From a virus (taxonomy: Duplodnaviria; Caudoviricetes), in IMG/VR virus record IMGVR_UViG_3300001847_000619, positions 1 through 61,376 of that record: 61,376 nt of DNA. One strand, given 5' to 3'. Every line of letters begins with the position of its first letter. Position 1 is the stretch's first letter. The notes under the pieces were generated by a model. That model saw only the letters and a list, made by a program, of their open reading frames with translations. It was not told the origin of the DNA and did no database searches. A program made the position numbers and the translations under genes. Positions 39,513-49,638 of the stretch are shown here, in pieces.

Positions 39513-40667
39513 ATGAATATTAAAAAGTTCTATGAAGCAGAGCCAGAAGGAGCTAATCAAGGAGGCGGAGAACCTGAAAGTATAGCATCATTAATGGCAA
39601 AGCAAGGGAAAATGAGCCACGAAAATAGCCCAGTAGTACCTAGTGTGACAAAAAAGTCAGAACCAAAAAGCGAAACTAAAGTTCAAGAGCCGACTCCTGT
39701 TGAGCCAACAAAAGAAAGCATTGAATCAAAAGTTGAGCCAGAAGTTCCCAAAATAGCTAAAGAGGAAGTGCAAACTACTCAATGGCAAGAAGTTCTTAGA
39801 CAACAACAACCTGAAGCAATCTTAAAGGAACTTGGTTTCAATGAAGATGCTGTAAGTTTACTAAGTGACCTTAAAGAAATTGACCCTAAAATGGCTAAAT
39901 TTCTTAACACTTGGAAAACTAATGGGGATGGGATTAAAGAATATCTAAAAGAAATGACAACGGATTATAGCAAGATGCCAGCCGAAGATGTGATGCGACA
40001 TCAACTTCGTGAAGAGTATCCAAAAGCTACCGAAAAACAATTAGATGTTCTGTTTAGAAAAGAAGTTATCGAAAAGTACAACCTTGATTCTATGGATGAA
40101 GATTTACAAGAAGAAGGAAAGTTATTGCTTGATGCAAAAGCTGAAATGTACAGAGATAAACTTGTTCAAAAACAACAAGAATATCTTCTTCCCCAATATA
40201 CTCAAAAAACTGATGATTCAGAAGAAAGAGCACAGCAAGAATTTGAAAACTACAAGAACAATGTCTTGGGTAGCCAATTAACGCAAGATATGATGCAAAA
40301 CAAAAGATTATCTATAGGCGAAGGGGATGAAAAATTCAATTACTCATTGACAGACCCCAATAGCGTTGTAAATAATCTATTTGATAGTAATGCTTGGTCA
40401 AATAAACTCTTTGAAGTACAAAAAGATGCCAACGGGAATGAGCAATTTGTTCCCAACATAGAAAAGCAATTACTAATATCTGCAATACTTGAAGACCATA
40501 AAGGCTTCCTAAGAGAAATGGCAAAACATTACAAATCTCTTGGAGGTAAAGCGACAATTGATTCTTTAGATAACCCAAGTCCAATAGGAGGTTCAGCTCC
40601 ATCTAAGCCAGCTACAGAGCCTAAAAGCCCTGCTGAATGGATGGCTAAAAACGGAAGGTTGGTATAG
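39513..40667 (+). CDS. putative scaffold / capsid assembly protein
   Basis: acidic disordered N-terminus, helical, immediately upstream of MCP. Confidence 0.65.
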   Translation: MNIKKFYEAEPEGANQGGGEPESIASLMAKQGKMSHENSPVVPSVTKKSEPKSETKVQEPTPVEPTKESIESKVEPEVPKIAKEEVQTTQWQEVLRQQQPEAILKELGFNEDAVSLLSDLKEIDPKMAKFLNTWKTNGDGIKEYLKEMTTDYSKMPAEDVMRHQLREEYPKATEKQLDVLFRKEVIEKYNLDSMDEDLQEEGKLLLDAKAEMYRDKLVQKQQEYLLPQYTQKTDDSEERAQQEFENYKNNVLGSQLTQDMMQNKRLSIGEGDEKFNYSLTDPNSVVNNLFDSNAWSNKLFEVQKDANGNEQFVPNIEKQLLISAILEDHKGFLREMAKHYKSLGGKATIDSLDNPSPIGGSAPSKPATEPKSPAEWMAKNGRLV

Positions 40668-40711
40668 TTTAAAAAATAACAATTTTATTAACTCAATTTA
40701 ATTTTAAAACA

Positions 40712-42079
40712 ATGCCAGTTACACAAGGAACAATGATTAAGTCGTATGTATCTGCAATCGACTTTCTTGACCAAAGGGATATTGACCCTAACATTTACGA
40801 CCAAAGTCGTGATAAAGCGTTTACCGACATCATGAAAATGGTAAATCGCTACAAACCTGCAACAATGTTTAACTACCATAACTTCGTTAATAACGATGTT
40901 TATGAAGTTGGAACAATTAGCTCTGTAAGCTCTACAGGTTTGGCTCAAATTCAATTCACAATCAACACAGCATCTACATTCCCTCGTGTTGGAGATTTGA
41001 TTATGACATCAAATGCTAACAACAATACAGCTACAGGTGCTAAACAAGCTCGTATCCAAACCGTATCTTTTGGTTCTGGTACTGCTACTTTAACTGTTCG
41101 TTCAGTAGGTGGTAACTCTGCTGCTTTCTATGCTACAGTTGGAGATAAAGTTGCTTTCTCTTCTAATGCATTTGCTGAAAAATCAGATGCTCCTACAAAT
41201 CGTAGATATGGTTTAACTAAGTACTATAACTTAATTCAAATCTTCAGAGAAGTAGATGAGATTTCTGATATTCAGAAAGTGGCTAAAATTGAAGTTAACG
41301 TAGGTGGCGACTATCACATTCTCCCTTACCAAACAGTACAAAAGTACATCAAGCTTCAAGGAGATATCTCTGTTCAAATGTTGGCTGGTGCTCAATCAAG
41401 CACTTTGTTCAATGATTCTAACCCATTCTTAGCTGACCCAAGTTCAGGATTGCCTATCCAAACTACAGGTGGTCTTGACTGGTATGTAACTACTTATGGT
41501 ATTACTGACCAAGCTGCTGTATTGGGTACTTTTGGATTCACTGAATTAGATGCTATTATCGATAACTTTATCGCTAATAAAGCACCTACAGACCAAATGG
41601 TATTCATGGGTTCTAAAGCTTATCGTATCATCAGCAAGTTCTTGAAGAATCTTGGTTCATCTGGTGTAACATCAGTTCGTTTGAATATCGATGGTAAGAC
41701 TTTGGATTTTGAAGTTGAGCACCTTTCTTATGGTGGATACGAATTTGATTTCGTTCATGTTCCTATCTTCGACCATCCACAATTATTCTCTACAACTTTA
41801 AGAGCAGATGTTAATGGTTCATTATACTTTGTTCCTAAAGACCAAGTAGATACAGTTGATAATGGTCGTCAGCCTCGTATGCAAATCCGTCACACTCCTA
41901 CTCCATTTATGGGTAACGCAGCTAATAAATCAGCTAACGGTATCGTAACAGAGTGGAGAACAGGAGCTTTGGCTGAAATTCCTACAAATAGCACTATGCA
42001 ATTGCATACTGACTGGGAAACAGGTCAAGGTCTTGAGTGTCTTGCTGTGAAGCACTTCCAAAAATACCGTATCGTTTAA
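40712..42079 (+). CDS. major capsid protein
   Basis: 455 aa; strong high-expression codon bias (CGT, ATC, TTC, AAC); N..QIFR, T.GGL; followed by strong terminator. Confidence 0.88.
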   Translation: MPVTQGTMIKSYVSAIDFLDQRDIDPNIYDQSRDKAFTDIMKMVNRYKPATMFNYHNFVNNDVYEVGTISSVSSTGLAQIQFTINTASTFPRVGDLIMTSNANNNTATGAKQARIQTVSFGSGTATLTVRSVGGNSAAFYATVGDKVAFSSNAFAEKSDAPTNRRYGLTKYYNLIQIFREVDEISDIQKVAKIEVNVGGDYHILPYQTVQKYIKLQGDISVQMLAGAQSSTLFNDSNPFLADPSSGLPIQTTGGLDWYVTTYGITDQAAVLGTFGFTELDAIIDNFIANKAPTDQMVFMGSKAYRIISKFLKNLGSSGVTSVRLNIDGKTLDFEVEHLSYGGYEFDFVHVPIFDHPQLFSTTLRADVNGSLYFVPKDQVDTVDNGRQPRMQIRHTPTPFMGNAANKSANGIVTEWRTGALAEIPTNSTMQLHTDWETGQGLECLAVKHFQKYRIV

Positions 42080-42094
42080 TTACGATAAATCAAG

Positions 42095-42126
42095 GGGAAG
42101 TAGTGAAATCACTACTTCCCTATTTT
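42095..42126 (+). terminator. intrinsic terminator after MCP
   Basis: GGGAAGTAGTG-AAAT-CACTACTTCCC-TATTTT. Confidence 0.9.
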
Positions 42127-42151
42127 AATAACCAATCAAAAATCAATCAAA

Positions 42152-43036
42152 ATGTCATTAGAACAAATTGCTCATTACAATAACCTATCTCCTAAATTAA
42201 GAGATGAGTTATACGAAAAATTACAAAGCTTTGGCAAAAGAGTTAGGTATAAATTTGATGTAAGTAAACCTAATCCTGACCCAGAAAAATATAATGGAAC
42301 TATAATATATCCAAATTCATACACTTTAGACCCTTGTGTTTTTGATATATTAGACCAATATGAAGAAAAAGGAAAAACAAAATCTAAAAAGATTGCGTTA
42401 GTTGAAGATGTAGATGAAAAAGGAATACCAAATAGATTTGGGAAAATAAGAATAACAGCATCAGAAAGAGGAATATTGGATTTAGATTTAACAGAAGGAG
42501 GAGAAGGATGGTATAAAGCAATGTATCTTGAATTGCATCCTAAGTTATTAAATGGTATGTTCGCTGACCCAAGTAAGCATCCAATTGTTTCAAGGATAGA
42601 TGAAGTTAAAGCTGCTCAAGATTCTAAATCTGAAAGAAGTGCAAGGCTTAAAGCATTAAATGCCACAATGGATATGAAGGATAAGGATATAGTGAATTTT
42701 GCAGATGCGATGCTTTGGGATAGTACAGAAAATATATTAGTTCTTAGAAATAAAGTAGAAGAATTAGCAGATACAAACCCAGAGTTCTTTAATGATTTAG
42801 TTGCTGGCAAAACAATAGAATATAGAGCTACTGTTAAACAAGCTATGACTAAAAGAGTTATTGAATTTGACCAAGCGGAATATAAATTTGTTTGGGCTGG
42901 AAATAAACAGACAATTACGGTACTTTCTCCCTCTGGCGACAAAAATGAAGTTGAAAAACTTGCAGAATACTTGCAGACAGGAGGAGAAAAAGCTGACACA
43001 GTATATAAAAAGATAAAAGAATTAAATAAACAATAA
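42152..43036 (+). CDS. conserved head-associated protein following MCP
   Basis: 294 aa, YLELHP motif; context. Confidence 0.6.
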   Translation: MSLEQIAHYNNLSPKLRDELYEKLQSFGKRVRYKFDVSKPNPDPEKYNGTIIYPNSYTLDPCVFDILDQYEEKGKTKSKKIALVEDVDEKGIPNRFGKIRITASERGILDLDLTEGGEGWYKAMYLELHPKLLNGMFADPSKHPIVSRIDEVKAAQDSKSERSARLKALNATMDMKDKDIVNFADAMLWDSTENILVLRNKVEELADTNPEFFNDLVAGKTIEYRATVKQAMTKRVIEFDQAEYKFVWAGNKQTITVLSPSGDKNEVEKLAEYLQTGGEKADTVYKKIKELNKQ

Positions 43037-43039
43037 CTT

Positions 43040-43096
43040 TTTTGATTTGGATTGGTTATACGGCAGATTGGATACCTTCGTATTATCGCCCTTTTT
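43040..43096 (+). ncRNA. candidate antisense RNA / 3'UTR element complementary to late-gene leaders
   Basis: TTTTGATTTGGATTGGTTA complements TAACCAATC...ATCAAAA leaders; ends in hairpin + CTTTTT. Confidence 0.4.
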
Positions 43097-43127
43097 AAAA
43101 TCCAAATAAAAATTAAAATAATATAGC

Positions 43128-43661
43128 ATGCCATTTACTCAAAACTTTGCAACATCTCAAACAGTAGGACTTCCCAGTTATATAAATATAACAGATACCT
43201 CAACAGGAACTCCTTCTCAAACAATAGCTAGTCGTAGAGTATATTTCATCACATCACAAAATACTTATTTAGTACAAGAGGGAACTACTACTAGTTACGA
43301 AGTTTGGGAAGCAGGAGCAATGTCAGTATCTTTTGATGTCCTAGATAAAGATTATGCTTTATATGTAAGAGTTGAATGGTTAAATTCATCAAATGTAGTG
43401 CTATATGTAAAAACATCTCTTATAGGATATACATTATATAATGAGTCATTCGATTATCAAATGACTCAAATGCTTACAGGAAATCCATTACTTATAAATG
43501 ATAATGGATTTTTTGAGCATAAAAATGAATTAAGAATTTTGATAGATTCTGGAAATCAAGCAATAGCATTAGCTAGCGACAGTTATAATGCACAAAAATG
43601 TTATGATAAAGCAACAGAACTTAGATTAAATTCGCAATATTATTTTAATACAAATAGCTAA
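43128..43661 (+). CDS. putative virion (neck/fibre adaptor) protein
   Basis: ITDTSTG Ig-like start, helical C-terminus; context. Confidence 0.55.
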   Translation: MPFTQNFATSQTVGLPSYINITDTSTGTPSQTIASRRVYFITSQNTYLVQEGTTTSYEVWEAGAMSVSFDVLDKDYALYVRVEWLNSSNVVLYVKTSLIGYTLYNESFDYQMTQMLTGNPLLINDNGFFEHKNELRILIDSGNQAIALASDSYNAQKCYDKATELRLNSQYYFNTNS

Positions 43662-44548
43662 TGAATACACCAGAAGATATAATTAAAGTAGCTAAAATAA
43701 GTCAATACTTAATCCAAGATGATATCCAAAAAAAAGGTCTTTATGGAGGTGGTATTGATTTACTTCTTCCCCAAAAAATATATAATATAAGAAAAAGCGT
43801 AGAATGGGCTAATAATAATGAAACCCTTCCAGCAAACGCTACTTCTACTATAACAATTACATCTGGGAATGGTAATGTATTTATTAACTATATAAATGTC
43901 TATGTAGATGACCCAATATTAGGGGTTATTCTTTTAGGAAATGCTAATTCTATTGGGCAGAATGCTAGCGTTAATGATATAGCTTATGCCTTATGGACAG
44001 GTATAAATAATAGCGATAATAATTATGGATATAATCCAGGGGTTGAGCCAATAAATACTAATACTTTTACTATAACTGCTCCATCAGGAAGAGGTCAATC
44101 AATGAATGGGATATCTATATATCTTGGAATATCTAATGCAAGTTTTGGCTATACAATAACCCCATTTGCAGGGGGAAAAAATGAAGTTAATTTGAATGCA
44201 ACTTCTACCTCAAATTATTTGAATGCTTTATGTGGAAAATATGGATTAGAGGCTGCTAATTTAATAAATCAATATGGAGGATTGATTTCTTCTATAACGT
44301 ATCCTATGTCTGTTCCTACTCCTATTGAATTTATAGTATCTTCTACATCATTAATTCCCACTAATAGTAGTTCTGCTGTAGTAAATTCTTTCATAGGGTT
44401 TAACTTGTTATTTATAAGAAATGGAATATCTCAATCAATTTTAAATAATGGAGGTTCTTATTTTTCTTGGAATAAAGATACAGGAGTTTTCATTTGTTAT
44501 CCAATAGCTAGTGAAGGAGAATTATTTCAATTATATCCATTTATATAA
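43661..44548 (+). CDS. putative virion protein
   Basis: N/S/T/G-rich, TITAPSG...FAGG insert. Confidence 0.55.
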   Translation: MNTPEDIIKVAKISQYLIQDDIQKKGLYGGGIDLLLPQKIYNIRKSVEWANNNETLPANATSTITITSGNGNVFINYINVYVDDPILGVILLGNANSIGQNASVNDIAYALWTGINNSDNNYGYNPGVEPINTNTFTITAPSGRGQSMNGISIYLGISNASFGYTITPFAGGKNEVNLNATSTSNYLNALCGKYGLEAANLINQYGGLISSITYPMSVPTPIEFIVSSTSLIPTNSSSAVVNSFIGFNLLFIRNGISQSILNNGGSYFSWNKDTGVFICYPIASEGELFQLYPFI

Positions 44549-44553
44549 AAAAT

Positions 44554-47500
44554 ATGAAAAAAATAATATTATTAATTTTATTAGCTTTTAGTTTTGCTAT
44601 CACATTTTCCCAAACATACCCAGTAACTCAAATACTTGGTTCTCCTCAAACATTAGTATTATCTAAGGGAGGTCTTAAAGCAGATAGCTCTTTAATAATA
44701 CCATCTTTTACAGATACAAATGCTGCTAATAAATCTACCTATATAAAAAACTATCCTGGTAATATTATAAGAGCTGGAGACCAAGTTTATGTTAGAAATG
44801 CAAATGCTACAAAATGGTTAATATTTGCACAATCTGGAGGAATATCAGGTACTGTAACAAGCATAAGTCAAGGATATGGAATTTCAAATTCTCCAAATCC
44901 AATAACAACCACAGGAACAATAAAAGTTGATACATCAGTTTCTGGATTGAGTGGTAAATATGTTAGGATATTAGATACATCAGTCATGCTATCAAAATAT
45001 CTAAGAAAAATAGATACTGCTACTCTTTCTAATAGGATTAACTTAAAGGTTAATATTTCTGATACCTCATCTATGTTATCTTCATATTTAAGAAAGGTGG
45101 ATACTGTTTCTTTGTCTAACAGGATTAATTTGAAAGTGAATGTTTCAGATACATCATCAATGTTGTCTCCTTATTTAAGAAAAGTTGATACTACAAATAA
45201 ATTTGTAAATAGCATCACAAGAATACCAGGAAAGGATTCTATAATATTTTATGTAAATAGCAATAGATATGCAATTAAAGATAGTTCAGGTGGAGCAGGA
45301 ACAGTTACAAGGGCTGTTGATACGATTTACAGAACGCCTGGTAAAGATTCAATAATATTTACTATTAATGGGATTAGAAGAGCAATAAAAGATAGTTTAG
45401 GAGTAGGTGGAAGCGGCACTCCAGGAGGACCAACTAATTCATTGCAATATAATAATAATGGAAATTTTGGAGGAGATGCAAATTTAATATATAATGGAAA
45501 TTCATTAGGTATTGGAAATCCACCATCTTTGTATTCAAAATTAGTTATAAATGATACATTTCATAGCGTTTTTAATAATAATGATAATATTCCAAATGCA
45601 AATATTTGGTTAAATAATGTTAATTATGGACAAAATACTATTTTTTCATCAATAAATAATCTTAATTCAGCGAAATGGCGTTCAGATTATTTTGGTAATA
45701 GTTATTTGGTAGCTTATGCTGGTAATCATTATTTTTTGACTCAGTCAGATTATGGAGAATCAGAGATTGCACCTAAATTAGGATTAGAGATAATTAATAA
45801 TGGAGATGTTGCAATAGGAGATAGCCTTTTTTGGAAATCAAGTAATAATAGATTAAGTATTAATGCAGGAACAAATCCAAATTCTGCATTAACAGTTAAT
45901 GGTGCTGATGGAATTAATTTTAAAGGATTGCCTAAAACTAATTATAATTATGTATTAGCTTATGATAGTGCAAGTGGACAATTAGGATATAAAACTAGTA
46001 CTGGGGGAAGTGGAACGGTTACAAAAGCGGTTGATACGATTTACAGAATACCTGGTAAGGATTCAATAATATATACAATTAATGGAACAAGAAGAGCAAT
46101 GAAAGATAGTGTTGGTAAACCAGCAGGTCAAAATTATTCATTACAATATAATAATAGTGGAACTTTTGGAGGTGATGCCAAATTTTTATATAATGGCTCA
46201 AATCTTTTTCTTGGAGACGTAAGTAGTTCTTATTCTAAATTATGTGTTGGTGATACATTTACTACTATTCAAAATAGTTATGGAAGTTCAAATGCACAAA
46301 TACAATTGCAAAATAATGATTTTAATGGTGCAACTGCTATTTATTCAGAAATAGGTGGTGGTCCAGTAGGGAAGTGGCGTTCAGATTATAATGGTAGTAA
46401 TTATTGGGTAGCTTATGGGGGGAATCATTATTTTTATACGAATGGAGATATTCCAGATGGAGGAACTAGTAAATTAACAATATTTAATAATGGAAATGTT
46501 GCAGTAGGAGATAGCCTTTTTTGGAAATCAAGTAATAATAGATTAAGTATTAATGCAGGAACAAATCCAAATTCTGCATTAACAGTTAATGGTGCTGATG
46601 GAATTAATTTTAAAGGATTGCCTAAAACTAATTATAATTATGTATTAGCTTATGATAGTGCAAGTGGACAATTAGGATATAAAACTAGTACTGGGGGAAG
46701 TGGAACAGTTACAAGGGCTGTTGATACGATTTACAGAACGCCTGGTAAAGATTCAATAATATTTACTATTAATGGGATTAGAAGAGCAATAAAAGATAGT
46801 ATAGGAAGTGGTGGAGGTGGAGGCATTTCAAGTTATGGTTATTTTTTTGATAAATCAGAGCAATGTACTGATAGTAGTACCACAGGACAATCTATTCTAT
46901 TAGAAATAAAAGACACAGCTATTGCTAATGGATTTCATATAAGAAGTGGCTCAAAAGGAGAAATAATTGCAGATAGTACTGGATTATTTAATTTTCAAAT
47001 TTCAGTTCAATTTTGGGGAAGTGAAGATAGAGGACCTTATGATGCAAGTGTTTGGATGAAAAAAAATGGACATGTTATTCGAGATGCAATAAAAGCAATA
47101 AAATGGATAGATGGTTTTGCAGTACTTACTTATAATAATATTTTAAGCATAAATATTGGAGATACTATTGAATATAATTGGACACATGCAGAATTAAGAG
47201 ATAATTTAGCATTAATATGTATTAAACCAGGAGAAAACAAGGTATTATTAGAAGAAGAAAAAGGAGCTTCTGTTACATTATCTATAACTCCAGTATTAGG
47301 AGGTGGGGGAAGTCAAGATTTACAAAGTGTATTGAATATTGGACATTCTTTAATTAATGAAAGAAATTATCAAGGAACAGATGCAGGAAGTGGTAATACT
47401 GGAAATTATGTAAATGCATTTGGATTAGAAGCAGCAAAAAATAATTCTGGAAATGATGTAAATGCAATAGGAACAGGCTCAGCTTATGGTAATAATGGAA

Positions 47501-48561
47501 ACCATGTAAATGCAATGGGAGGAGCAAATAATAATATTGGAAATGATGTAAATGCATTTGGAGGAGGAGCTGCACAAAGTAATTCTGGAAGTGCTGTAAA
47601 TGCATTTGGAGGTTCTACTGCACAAGGAAATTCTGGAAGTAGTGTAAATGCATTTGGACCTTATGCTGCACAAGGAAATTCTGGAAGTAGTGTAAATGCA
47701 TTTGGACCTTATGCTGGACAAGGAAATATATTTTCAAATGTAAATTTATTTGGTCAAGAAGCATCGGCATCTGATAATAATCAAGTTGTTTTTTCAAAAT
47801 CAGCAGAAAATATTGTTAATGCAAGAATAGATTATAATTGTATAGATGCAAATCATAAATATAGTTTACCAAATAAAGATGGTTATTTTATGAATGCTAA
47901 TCTTCCAATAATAATAAATTCAGAAGATTCAAATGAAGTATACTTAACTAATCCAGATAATTATGAAGTAATAAATTTAAGAGATGATACATATTCAATG
48001 TTGCTTCACTTCCCTGACGCATCAAATGGATGTTTAAGTAATGGACAAAGAATGGTTATTACAAATAAAGTTATAGATAATAACAAAACAGGAGCAATAC
48101 AATTAGCAGGTAATAACATATTTTATAGAGGAACAAATATACCAGTTACAAATATAGGACCAGGAGAAACAGTTGAATTTTTAGCAGAAGTAGATGAAAA
48201 TAATAATGGTAATTGGAGAACCATTACTTCCCTTCCAGAACCAGCAGTTACTTTAGATATGGCTACATTGGGAAGTTATTATATTCATTCAAATGGAACA
48301 TATTTAATAACATCGCAAAGTGAGGGTACAATATATTTTCCTGCTCCATGTAACATGCAAGGTTCTAAAATAACATTGATAAACATTGCTGAAACTGATG
48401 TATATAACCAAGCAATAGAATCATTAGCTCCAAGTAATTGTGATAAATCTAAAATTGTAAATGCAAATTTAACTGAAATAACAGTTCAACAATTAGGAAC
48501 AAGCTCAACATATGTAGCAGTAGGAGATGCATGGTATAAAATTAGTTTTCAATCACCTTAA
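44554..48561 (+). CDS. modular fibre/adhesin-like protein with N-terminal signal peptide
   Basis: MKKIILLILLAFSFAITFS-Q; DT..LSNRINLK repeats; LQYNN.G.FGGD; 16-aa NSG..VNAFG repeats. Confidence 0.8.
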   Translation: MKKIILLILLAFSFAITFSQTYPVTQILGSPQTLVLSKGGLKADSSLIIPSFTDTNAANKSTYIKNYPGNIIRAGDQVYVRNANATKWLIFAQSGGISGTVTSISQGYGISNSPNPITTTGTIKVDTSVSGLSGKYVRILDTSVMLSKYLRKIDTATLSNRINLKVNISDTSSMLSSYLRKVDTVSLSNRINLKVNVSDTSSMLSPYLRKVDTTNKFVNSITRIPGKDSIIFYVNSNRYAIKDSSGGAGTVTRAVDTIYRTPGKDSIIFTINGIRRAIKDSLGVGGSGTPGGPTNSLQYNNNGNFGGDANLIYNGNSLGIGNPPSLYSKLVINDTFHSVFNNNDNIPNANIWLNNVNYGQNTIFSSINNLNSAKWRSDYFGNSYLVAYAGNHYFLTQSDYGESEIAPKLGLEIINNGDVAIGDSLFWKSSNNRLSINAGTNPNSALTVNGADGINFKGLPKTNYNYVLAYDSASGQLGYKTSTGGSGTVTKAVDTIYRIPGKDSIIYTINGTRRAMKDSVGKPAGQNYSLQYNNSGTFGGDAKFLYNGSNLFLGDVSSSYSKLCVGDTFTTIQNSYGSSNAQIQLQNNDFNGATAIYSEIGGGPVGKWRSDYNGSNYWVAYGGNHYFYTNGDIPDGGTSKLTIFNNGNVAVGDSLFWKSSNNRLSINAGTNPNSALTVNGADGINFKGLPKTNYNYVLAYDSASGQLGYKTSTGGSGTVTRAVDTIYRTPGKDSIIFTINGIRRAIKDSIGSGGGGGISSYGYFFDKSEQCTDSSTTGQSILLEIKDTAIANGFHIRSGSKGEIIADSTGLFNFQISVQFWGSEDRGPYDASVWMKKNGHVIRDAIKAIKWIDGFAVLTYNNILSINIGDTIEYNWTHAELRDNLALICIKPGENKVLLEEEKGASVTLSITPVLGGGGSQDLQSVLNIGHSLINERNYQGTDAGSGNTGNYVNAFGLEAAKNNSGNDVNAIGTGSAYGNNGNHVNAMGGANNNIGNDVNAFGGGAAQSNSGSAVNAFGGSTAQGNSGSSVNAFGPYAAQGNSGSSVNAFGPYAGQGNIFSNVNLFGQEASASDNNQVVFSKSAENIVNARIDYNCIDANHKYSLPNKDGYFMNANLPIIINSEDSNEVYLTNPDNYEVINLRDDTYSMLLHFPDASNGCLSNGQRMVITNKVIDNNKTGAIQLAGNNIFYRGTNIPVTNIGPGETVEFLAEVDENNNGNWRTITSLPEPAVTLDMATLGSYYIHSNGTYLITSQSEGTIYFPAPCNMQGSKITLINIAETDVYNQAIESLAPSNCDKSKIVNANLTEITVQQLGTSSTYVAVGDAWYKISFQSP
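45298..46800 (+). repeat. ~99-bp identical direct repeat (45298-45396 and 46702-46800), diverged third copy near 46012-46110
   Basis: encodes TVTRAVDTIYRTPGKDSIIFTINGIRRAIKDS. Confidence 0.85.
45815..46706 (+). repeat. ~202-bp identical direct repeat inside fibre gene (45815-46016 and 46505-46706)
   Basis: by-eye alignment, offset 690. Confidence 0.85.
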
Positions 48562-48591
48562 AAAATCTTTTTCTCATTTTAATTTAATATA

Positions 48592-48599
48592 TATATTTG
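48592..48599 (+). promoter_or_regulatory. -7 element TATATTTG upstream of lysis cassette
   Basis: TAnnTTTG in intergenic region. Confidence 0.55.
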
Positions 48600-48686
48600 C
48601 TAAGGATAAACAATTATTAAAAACAACAAAAAATACTTAAAATAATTAAAACAAAATAAGTATATTTATATATAAATAGAAATAAA

Positions 48687-48875
48687 ATGAACCACACACC
48701 TGATTTTGGAAATTTTTACTTATCAGTAATAAGTGCCTTTTTTGCGGCAATTTCATTTACTACTGTTCAACCTGTATTACAATTGTTAGCCACTTTAGTA
48801 GCTATATTTTCGGGAATATATTCCATACATATTAATTATAAAAAATCAAAACGTAAAAAAAATGAAAAGTTATAA
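48687..48875 (+). CDS. holin-like small membrane protein
   Basis: hydrophobic segments, basic C-terminus, lysis context. Confidence 0.6.
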   Translation: MNHTPDFGNFYLSVISAFFAAISFTTVQPVLQLLATLVAIFSGIYSIHINYKKSKRKKNEKL

Positions 48876-49044
48876 AACAACTTTAGTAGGAGCTGGTCTT
48901 GCTGTATTAATGGCATTGCAGCCAATTATGGAAGGTACTGGATACCATTTAAACAAAGAAACAATTGGTAAATTGCTATTCGCTGGAATGTTAGCTGCAT
49001 TCGGGTATTTAGTTAAAGACCATGATGTTTCTGGTAAACCATAA
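48862..49044 (+). CDS. holin-like 2-TM protein
   Basis: MKSYKTTLVG...GYLVKD, two TMs. Confidence 0.65.
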   Translation: MKSYKTTLVGAGLAVLMALQPIMEGTGYHLNKETIGKLLFAGMLAAFGYLVKDHDVSGKP

Positions 49045-49108
49045 TAATAAAAAGGAGCTTGTAGAAACAAGCTCCGCCTATTAACCTATGTTTATGAAAA
49101 AAAAGTTA
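49042..49108 (-). ncRNA. candidate small RNA 1 (promoter-seed-terminator cassette)
   Basis: minus-strand TTTG-N19-TATATTTG at 49142-49112; hairpin 49054-49075 with TTTCTA core and U tail. Confidence 0.6.
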
Positions 49109-49134
49109 ATACAAATATACAAAACATTTAGGTT

Positions 49135-49638
49135 ATGCCAAAATTATTTTCAATTTTATTTCTATTTTTTTTAGTAGGTTGCTATTCCCCCAAAAAAGCT
49201 GAAAAACAAATAAATAAAGCACAGCTCAATTTCCCTGAAGTTTTAGCCAAAAAATCAAAAGAATTATATCCTTGTAAACCTCAAAAAGGCGGTTCTGATT
49301 CTAGCAGATACAAGACAATTATTAAGAAAATAAAGCAGATAGATACTGCATATTTTTATACTACAGATACAGTATGTAGATTGGATACAGTTCTTATAGA
49401 AAAGAATTGTACAAAAGTATTATATAAGTATAGGGAAATTCTAAAAGAACTCCCTGCTGTTCATGATACTATTAATATTACTGATGAATCTGCTGTGACT
49501 TCCCTTACATATCAATTACAAAATAGCGTTGCAATAGCTGATAAGTACAAGCAAAAATATACCAAATCTTTATGGTTTTCTATATGGTTGTTAATAGCTA
49601 TTGCAGGATTAATATTGGTTATTAAATTTAAAAAGTAA
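49135..49638 (+). CDS. putative unimolecular spanin (lipoprotein + C-terminal TM)
   Basis: signal peptide with LVG-C lipobox; C-terminal LWFSIWLLIAIAGLILVI-KFKK; lysis cassette. Confidence 0.65.
   Translation: MPKLFSILFLFFLVGCYSPKKAEKQINKAQLNFPEVLAKKSKELYPCKPQKGGSDSSRYKTIIKKIKQIDTAYFYTTDTVCRLDTVLIEKNCTKVLYKYREILKELPAVHDTINITDESAVTSLTYQLQNSVAIADKYKQKYTKSLWFSIWLLIAIAGLILVIKFKK

Noticed and set aside
40045-40281. Nested plus-strand ORF in the scaffold gene
   Set aside because: No ATG start or A-rich leader, no shared motif and no frame-specific conservation, unlike the two nested ORFs reported.
43055-43100. tRNA gene
   Set aside because: GC-richer hairpin but no cloverleaf, T-loop consensus or acceptor stem; no tRNA recognised elsewhere.
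42616-43134. 172-aa minus-strand ORF and the many other antisense ORFs over long genes
   Set aside because: Shadow frames of plus-strand genes; Phe/Ser/Leu-rich with no motifs.
45298-46800. Diversity-generating retroelement TR/VR pair
   Set aside because: Repeats are identical or differ at all bases, not adenine-specifically; no reverse transcriptase in the window.
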